Source of the DNA: an uncultured Fibrobacterota bacterium
GTDB taxonomy: Bacteria; Fibrobacterota; Chitinivibrionia; Chitinivibrionales; FEN-1185
Length of the DNA: 64,000 nucleotides
Direction: 5' to 3'
NCBI GenBank assembly: GCA_963753345.1
Contig: CAVWBU010000026.1
Location: forward strand, 160,001-224,000
Part shown: positions 58,613 through 64,000 of the stretch, in pieces
Layout of the letters: each line of letters begins with the position of its first letter
Numbering within the stretch: the first letter of the stretch is position 1
Translations under genes and position numbers: made by a program
Notes under the pieces: model-generated
Seen by the model: the letters and a program-made list of their open reading frames with translations, nothing else
The model's database searches: none
Told to the model about the DNA's origin: nothing

Positions 58613-59809
58613 TTACCGAGCAGGATTGCAGATCAGCTTTGCATTTACAACAGATCCGTCCCTGCTGAATATTGCCAGATATGAACCTGCATGTTTGATC
58701 CGCGGAATATTTTCGACCGACGTGTTGCCATTGAACGTGAAACGTTCGAGCAATCTACCGCGCACATCGAACAGCTTCAACTCATCAAAAGCAGAGCTCA
58801 CGTTTATTGACAAGGGAGCAAACGTAACTGCTGTGGGCGCTGGCGGAACATAGGGCCCGTATTTGGCTCTTATCGTATCCACCCACCAGCGCACGCCCGG
58901 ATCCGCCGAGGAACCGTACCCGCCGAAACCGGCATTAGGGCCTAAGGGCGGAACCGCCTGCAGCCACATTGAGGAATACATATATCCTTCGCCTTTAGTC
59001 AAGTGGCCAAAAGTGCCGCTGATCGCGGATTTCTCGTCAGAGGCCGCATAGACCCCTATGGCAGAAGCGGTGTAATTGCCGCTTCCGTAACTCCATATGC
59101 CGTCGCCTTCGGTCTCGGCATACGGTTTAGTGGCGTCGTGTGAAGAAAGATGGATTGCAAGATCGGCAGCTGCAGGACACGTCCCGAAGTATCCCGCAAC
59201 AATAGCGGTGGGGTTTGCGGCTTTTCCGGCCATAACCACGCTGTCCGTACTTGTATATTTTTTTTGTTGAAAAGCCATGCCTTCGTTGTCGGCATCAAAG
59301 AACACGTTACCGTAACCATGGTTTTTTGCCCAGGCTACGGTATTTGCAAGAGCATGTTCGAAATCCTGCTGCCCCCAATTTGAAAAATTTGCATTGTTTG
59401 TTCCATAGTAACAACAGCCGACAAGGACCACCATTCCTTTGGCGTCTGCAGCCTCAATGATTTTACCCATGCGCGCGCTGTAAATCGGGTTGAGCGTCGC
59501 ATCCTGAGTATACCCCCCAATGTTGCCGTAGCGCGAGCCCTGGAAGTAAACGCTGAACGAATTAAGGCCGTATAACTCAAATGAGTCAAGATGCGCTATC
59601 AGGTCGTTTGCCGCAGAGTCGTTGATGAGCGAGTTTGAGCACCGGAATCCTTTAAGGAGAATTTCCTGGCCGTTTAAATAGGTCTTTGTCCCGGAAACCG
59701 AAAAAACATACTGCCCGGAAAAACAGGGCATGCAAAGCAGACCGACAAAGGCCAGAGTTCCAACGACTATCCCGGTTTTTTTCTTGGATAGGATACGCAG
59801 AGGGTTCAT
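58613..59809 (-). CDS. Secreted GH-A-like TIM-barrel protein, paralog 3
   Basis: Signal peptide; GMVVLVGCCY, DADNEGM, PYAETEG; C-terminal FDVRGRL. Confidence 0.7.
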   Translation of the reverse strand: MNPLRILSKKKTGIVVGTLAFVGLLCMPCFSGQYVFSVSGTKTYLNGQEILLKGFRCSNSLINDSAANDLIAHLDSFELYGLNSFSVYFQGSRYGNIGGYTQDATLNPIYSARMGKIIEAADAKGMVVLVGCCYYGTNNANFSNWGQQDFEHALANTVAWAKNHGYGNVFFDADNEGMAFQQKKYTSTDSVVMAGKAANPTAIVAGYFGTCPAAADLAIHLSSHDATKPYAETEGDGIWSYGSGNYTASAIGVYAASDEKSAISGTFGHLTKGEGYMYSSMWLQAVPPLGPNAGFGGYGSSADPGVRWWVDTIRAKYGPYVPPAPTAVTFAPLSINVSSAFDELKLFDVRGRLLERFTFNGNTSVENIPRIKHAGSYLAIFSRDGSVVNAKLICNPAR

Positions 59810-59872
59810 ACTTACTCCTTTTGTAAATTGGTGCCTATCTCATTATGAAACAGCCTTTTTGCAAAAGACCTT

Positions 59873-61048
59873 TCAACGACCAGTATTGCAGAAAGATTTG
59901 ATATTAATAATATCATTTCCCTTGCTGTAGACCACGACATTCACGCGCGTATTCCTGGATAATAGCTTCATGCTTGCGTTTAGCATGTTGCCAGAATACG
60001 TCGCAACCAGTTTGCCGCGCAGGTCGAATACTTTGACGTTATCATAGGCAGCAGTCGCAATGTGCAACGGGAGCTCATGCGACACCCCAACCTGCAGGGG
60101 CGGGGGCGGGTTCCATGAGCCCCATGCGGCTTTGAGCGCTTCGAGCCAAAAGCGTATTCCGGGACTCCCGGCAGTGCCGTTGCCACCCGGATTCATGTTG
60201 GGACCAAGCGGCGGGGCAGCCTGCAGCCACATATCAGCTAACATAAATCCTTTTGGGCCGGCAGCCTGCGCCTGTGATACGGCGCATCCACCATGTTGTG
60301 TACCTATGGCCGATGCTGTATAGTTGTTGCTACCGTAACTCCAAGTGCCGCAACCTTCGCTCTCGATGTAGGGTTTCCCTGCGACCTGTGTTCCGATATG
60401 GACTGAAAGATCCGCGGCCGCTGCCGCCGCCGCATCGCCCCAATCACACGAAAAAAGAATCTGAGGATCGACTGCCCTTCCTGATTGTATCGCCTCAACC
60501 TTGTTAGGTATGATACCGCCGGCCATGCCTTCGTTGTCGATATCAACAAAGACATTCCGATAATTATGGCTACTGATCCATCTCGCCGTGTTTGCAACAG
60601 CAGTGTCTACGTTACTCTGGCCCCAATCGGTGAATTTTGCAGTGGTACCCCCCCAGTAAAGGCACCCGACCAGCACTATCATGCCCTTGGAATCAGCGGC
60701 CTCAATTATCTGGCCAAGCCTTGCGGAATAGATAGGGTTAAGGGTGCCATCGTGGTTGTACCCCGGAATGTTGCCGTAACGCGAACCCATTATGTAAACA
60801 CTAACGATATTACATCCGTAGTACTTGAAGGTGTCAAGATAGAAGATCAGCGAATCGGTGGCCGCCTGGGTGATGAGCGATTGGGAACAACGCACCCCTT
60901 TGGCGACGAAGCCCACGCCGTTGATGACCGTCGAGTCGCCGCGTACCGAAAAAACATATTGGGATGCCGAAGCGGAAACGATTAAGAACGAGAGCGCCAC
61001 CATCGCGCCTAACGCGAAGCGGCTGAACTTAACATAAGACATTTTCAT
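59873..61048 (-). CDS. Secreted GH-A-like TIM-barrel protein, paralog 2
   Basis: GMIVLVGCLYWG, DIDNEGM, PYIESEG; FDLRGKL. Confidence 0.7.
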   Translation of the reverse strand: MKMSYVKFSRFALGAMVALSFLIVSASASQYVFSVRGDSTVINGVGFVAKGVRCSQSLITQAATDSLIFYLDTFKYYGCNIVSVYIMGSRYGNIPGYNHDGTLNPIYSARLGQIIEAADSKGMIVLVGCLYWGGTTAKFTDWGQSNVDTAVANTARWISSHNYRNVFVDIDNEGMAGGIIPNKVEAIQSGRAVDPQILFSCDWGDAAAAAAADLSVHIGTQVAGKPYIESEGCGTWSYGSNNYTASAIGTQHGGCAVSQAQAAGPKGFMLADMWLQAAPPLGPNMNPGGNGTAGSPGIRFWLEALKAAWGSWNPPPPLQVGVSHELPLHIATAAYDNVKVFDLRGKLVATYSGNMLNASMKLLSRNTRVNVVVYSKGNDIINIKSFCNTGR

Positions 61049-61068
61049 AACGACTCCTTGTGGATTTG

Positions 61069-62355
61069 TTAAGGATTGCATATCCGCTTCACATTGACAA
61101 CGGCTCCGTCACTGCTGAAAAGCGCCAGATACGGACTCGCGTACTTGATGCGCGGCATATATTCAAACGGCATCTTGTTGCTGAAGGCGAATCGCTGCAG
61201 CAGCCTTCCCCTCATGTCGAATATCTTCAGGTCATCATATACAGGGGAGATATTTCTTGACAATGTAGCAACCGAAACCGACGTTGTCATCGGCGGCGGC
61301 GGTGTCCATGCCCCGTATTGGCCTTTCAGCCATTCCAGCCACCAGCGGATACCGGCATCAGGCATGATCGTGGTGACAACGGGATTAATTTGGGCATCTG
61401 TATAATTCGAATACCCGCCAGGCACCATGAAAGGCCCACCTACAGGCGTTCCCCCGGTAACGCCCGCCCCAGGCCCGCACTGTGCCCAGGTAGAAGCGGT
61501 CCACCACCCGTTGCGGGTGCTGACGCCATTTGTGGTATTATTTTCAAGAGTGGTTTTCATTGTCGCGGTATATAGACCTATGCGGATATAATTGTTTGGA
61601 AAACTAGCATCCTTGCTGTAGGTTGTCCAATACGGGGGATTTGCATCAACCCCTTCGGTCTCCATATATGGTTTTGTAGCATCGTAGGTGCCGAAATGAA
61701 TGTTAATGTCTGCACCGGTTGCGCCGGTTGTATTGCTTGCAATCATGATTTTCCCGGTTGAGAAAGTGTCGGCAGCGTGAGCCGCGGCAATCTGTGTGGT
61801 TGTATTGCATATTCCGGCTGCCGCTGCCATACCTTCATTATCAGGGTCTACAAAGACGTTGAGGTAGGTGTGCTGATGAATCCAATTGAGAACATTGATA
61901 ATGGCTGCATTCGCCTGAGTCTGCTTCCAAGCGCCGAGAGCACTATTGGCCGCGGAGCCGCCCCAATAGAGGCACCCGACCAGCACGATCATTCCCCGCG
62001 CGTCGGCTGCTTCAATGATTCGTTGCATACGCGGCGTATACACCGGGTTAAGGCTGGCATCAGGCAGGAATCCAATGATGTCGCCAAATCGGCTGCCCAT
62101 CCAATAAACACTAAAGGAGTTGATTCCGTAGGATTTGAATGTATCAAGATACATGATCAATGAATCGGTCTTTGCGTCCGACACCAAAGCATTGGATAGG
62201 CGAAGACCGAGGGATTTGAATGCGACATTGTTGATGTAGATTTGGTTTCCCGTTATGGAAAACTTGTATTGCGGTGTGTAGGCATGAGTGCAGAAAGAAA
62301 TGCCGACAACAACGCAGAAGAAAAGAGAGATTCGTGACAGGAAAGTTGAATTCAT
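61069..62355 (-). CDS. Secreted GH-A-like TIM-barrel protein, paralog 1
   Basis: GMIVLVGCLYWG, DPDNEGM, PYMETEG; FDMRGRL; AGGAGG SD. Confidence 0.7.
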   Translation of the reverse strand: MNSTFLSRISLFFCVVVGISFCTHAYTPQYKFSITGNQIYINNVAFKSLGLRLSNALVSDAKTDSLIMYLDTFKSYGINSFSVYWMGSRFGDIIGFLPDASLNPVYTPRMQRIIEAADARGMIVLVGCLYWGGSAANSALGAWKQTQANAAIINVLNWIHQHTYLNVFVDPDNEGMAAAAGICNTTTQIAAAHAADTFSTGKIMIASNTTGATGADINIHFGTYDATKPYMETEGVDANPPYWTTYSKDASFPNNYIRIGLYTATMKTTLENNTTNGVSTRNGWWTASTWAQCGPGAGVTGGTPVGGPFMVPGGYSNYTDAQINPVVTTIMPDAGIRWWLEWLKGQYGAWTPPPPMTTSVSVATLSRNISPVYDDLKIFDMRGRLLQRFAFSNKMPFEYMPRIKYASPYLALFSSDGAVVNVKRICNP

Positions 62356-62421
62356 GGGTCCTCCTTGTGGCAGTGTGAGGTCATTAAATCGTATTTAAAT
62401 TTCCTCGGCCTTTTTCTCCTG

Positions 62422-63654
62422 CTATAGCCCCAGGCACCAGTTCACGGCAGCGTCAAATAGCTTCCAGCCGTTTTCATTCAAACTGAGAGCGACTTCCATT
62501 TTTAGCAGCATCCCCACCCTGCGGTCCGGTGCAGGCGTAGCGTCGTAGAGAGGCGCTCCGGCTTCATAACAGAATATGGTTGCCTGGGTCGGCTGGTTCG
62601 GGATAATTGCGACAACCGTCGCTGATGCAGCGGGCGCAGCCCACGGCAGAGCCAGGTTCTGGTTTACAACCGTTACTGTCCCTGAAAAGCCCGCAGCCAG
62701 CGGATGCGATGGCGCGGCGATGGAAATGTTGTCTATGCTGTCCGTGATATTTCCAAAATCAACGCCGGTTGTCGGACCGCAGAGGTCCATGGCATTGAAC
62801 AGAACCGTTTCACAGGCGATAACCGGCTTTTTTAAAACACGCAGCATACCGGTTGCAGAGCTGCTGATCGTTGACGCGAAAAATATTGCATTTATATTCG
62901 CGGTATCTGCAGCGGAAAGGGAATCATCCACCCTGATCACCATGGCAATTCCCCTGGATTCCAGCCGCTGCATGAACAGGGTATCACGTTTGACAAGTGA
63001 CGTATCTTTGGCGACATAGAGCACCCGGTAATTGGCGGTCCGAACAGTGTCGTTGGAGGCAACATGCACATTTCGCGCCGCGATGGAGGATGATTCCGGC
63101 TGTGCGGCGGAACAGAACAGGATTGTGGAGAATATTCCCGCAGGAATGGAATCCATGGTGATTGCCGGGCCGGTTCCGGAAAAAGCGGCGGAAAAGGTGG
63201 TGCCGGTCATGAAGACGAATCCTGACGCAGGACGCAAACTGTCTGCAATGACCACCGTGACGGTCCCAACAGCCTTGAGAAAACCGGCCGGGGCCGGCGT
63301 GGTGTCGTCTTTCCTGACATCAAGGCCGGAAATGAACAAACGTGTCCGTTCTGTAAGGTGAACTGCTTCTATATTGTAAAGGCCTGGATTGGAAACCCTG
63401 AACTTGTAGGCACCCATATCATCGGTCGTGTCAAAAAGAACGGCGCTGCCAGACTGCGGAACAACCGGGTTGTGCTGCACCGGCACAAGCATTACTTGAG
63501 TGTTAGCTGCCGGCGAATTCCCCTGTTCCATGATAGTGCCCCTTACATATCCCACATCGCTGGCCGAACCGCCGGTTGAGGCAACCGGGCTCGTGCCGCA
63601 GGAGAACAATTCCGCCGCGAGACACGGCACAAGTAGGAAAAGAATCCTTTTCAC
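62422..63654 (-). CDS. Lipoprotein coupled to a TIGR02147-like gene (beta-sandwich N-terminal domain)
   Basis: LFSC lipobox, GGSASDVG, TDDMGAYKF. Confidence 0.7.
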   Translation of the reverse strand: MKRILFLLVPCLAAELFSCGTSPVASTGGSASDVGYVRGTIMEQGNSPAANTQVMLVPVQHNPVVPQSGSAVLFDTTDDMGAYKFRVSNPGLYNIEAVHLTERTRLFISGLDVRKDDTTPAPAGFLKAVGTVTVVIADSLRPASGFVFMTGTTFSAAFSGTGPAITMDSIPAGIFSTILFCSAAQPESSSIAARNVHVASNDTVRTANYRVLYVAKDTSLVKRDTLFMQRLESRGIAMVIRVDDSLSAADTANINAIFFASTISSSATGMLRVLKKPVIACETVLFNAMDLCGPTTGVDFGNITDSIDNISIAAPSHPLAAGFSGTVTVVNQNLALPWAAPAASATVVAIIPNQPTQATIFCYEAGAPLYDATPAPDRRVGMLLKMEVALSLNENGWKLFDAAVNWCLGL

Positions 63655-64000
63655 GAAGGCCTGCCTCTCTTTTTGGGTGTCTGTTCCAGAGGGAGAAGCT
63701 GCATGCCGATCGAATGCACTTTCCTGGACGTTCCCCCGTCTTGTGCAATGATATTGACAATCCTTTTGCGCGTGTTGTCAAGTTCGAGTTTTATCCGGCC
63801 GAACGCCTCGTCCGAAAAACTGCCTGTGATGGTCCTCAGATATTGTTTCTCGGCAGGGGTCGAATCCATTATGGTGGAGCTTATTTCCATCATGGATTTG
63901 TGCAGGTTGCGTGCGGCAATGCTGTTAATATCCGATCCTGTGGAGATGATCCGGTCGCTCACCTGGTAAAATCCATCCTGCCCGAGCCTGATGAGCCCGA
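63651..64000 (-). CDS. TIGR02147-family protein, C-terminal part (truncated by the window)
   Basis: ISTGS....AARNLH...IKLEL...RKRI...VHSIGMQLLPL resembles the C-terminus of 37225-38052. Confidence 0.7.
   Translation of the reverse strand, partial: GLIRLGQDGFYQVSDRIISTGSDINSIAARNLHKSMMEISSTIMDSTPAEKQYLRTITGSFSDEAFGRIKLELDNTRKRIVNIIAQDGGTSRKVHSIGMQLLPLEQTPKKRGRPS

Overview
GC-rich bacterial chromosome segment. Two TIGR02147-like genes and secreted proteins with a D(L/M/V)RG(R/K)L-type C-terminal tail suggest Fibrobacterota/Chitinivibrionales (inference). The core content is metG (3' part)-recJ-argH, uvrA, argF, spoVG-tRNA-Gln-rplY-pth-rpsF-rpsR-rplI-dapA-dapB, rsmE, map-hflX, DUF58/BatA genes, metH, tag and argCBDG-ispD. 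Accessory or unusual parts: (1) a composite structured intergenic element of about 400-480 bp (hairpin module B, short tandem repeats, hairpin module A) in four full copies plus three further A copies, showing stem covariation; (2) a type III R-M-like operon (methyltransferase, helicase, separate TnsA-like PD-(D/E)xK nuclease) with an AT-rich target-recognition segment and a structured leader, next to a GNAT toxin-antitoxin-like pair; (3) a kinase-less operon of a KaiC-like ATPase, two small membrane proteins and two receivers; (4) an in-frame palindromic insertion of about 117 bp in ispD; (5) a TIGR02147 cassette bracketed by diverged direct repeats; (6) a decayed ATPase-nuclease/orphan-antitoxin islet; (7) three tandem secreted GH-A-like paralogs. 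Several single-base frameshifts, including in recJ and ispD, may be consensus errors. All calls are from motif recognition by eye; no database searches were run.
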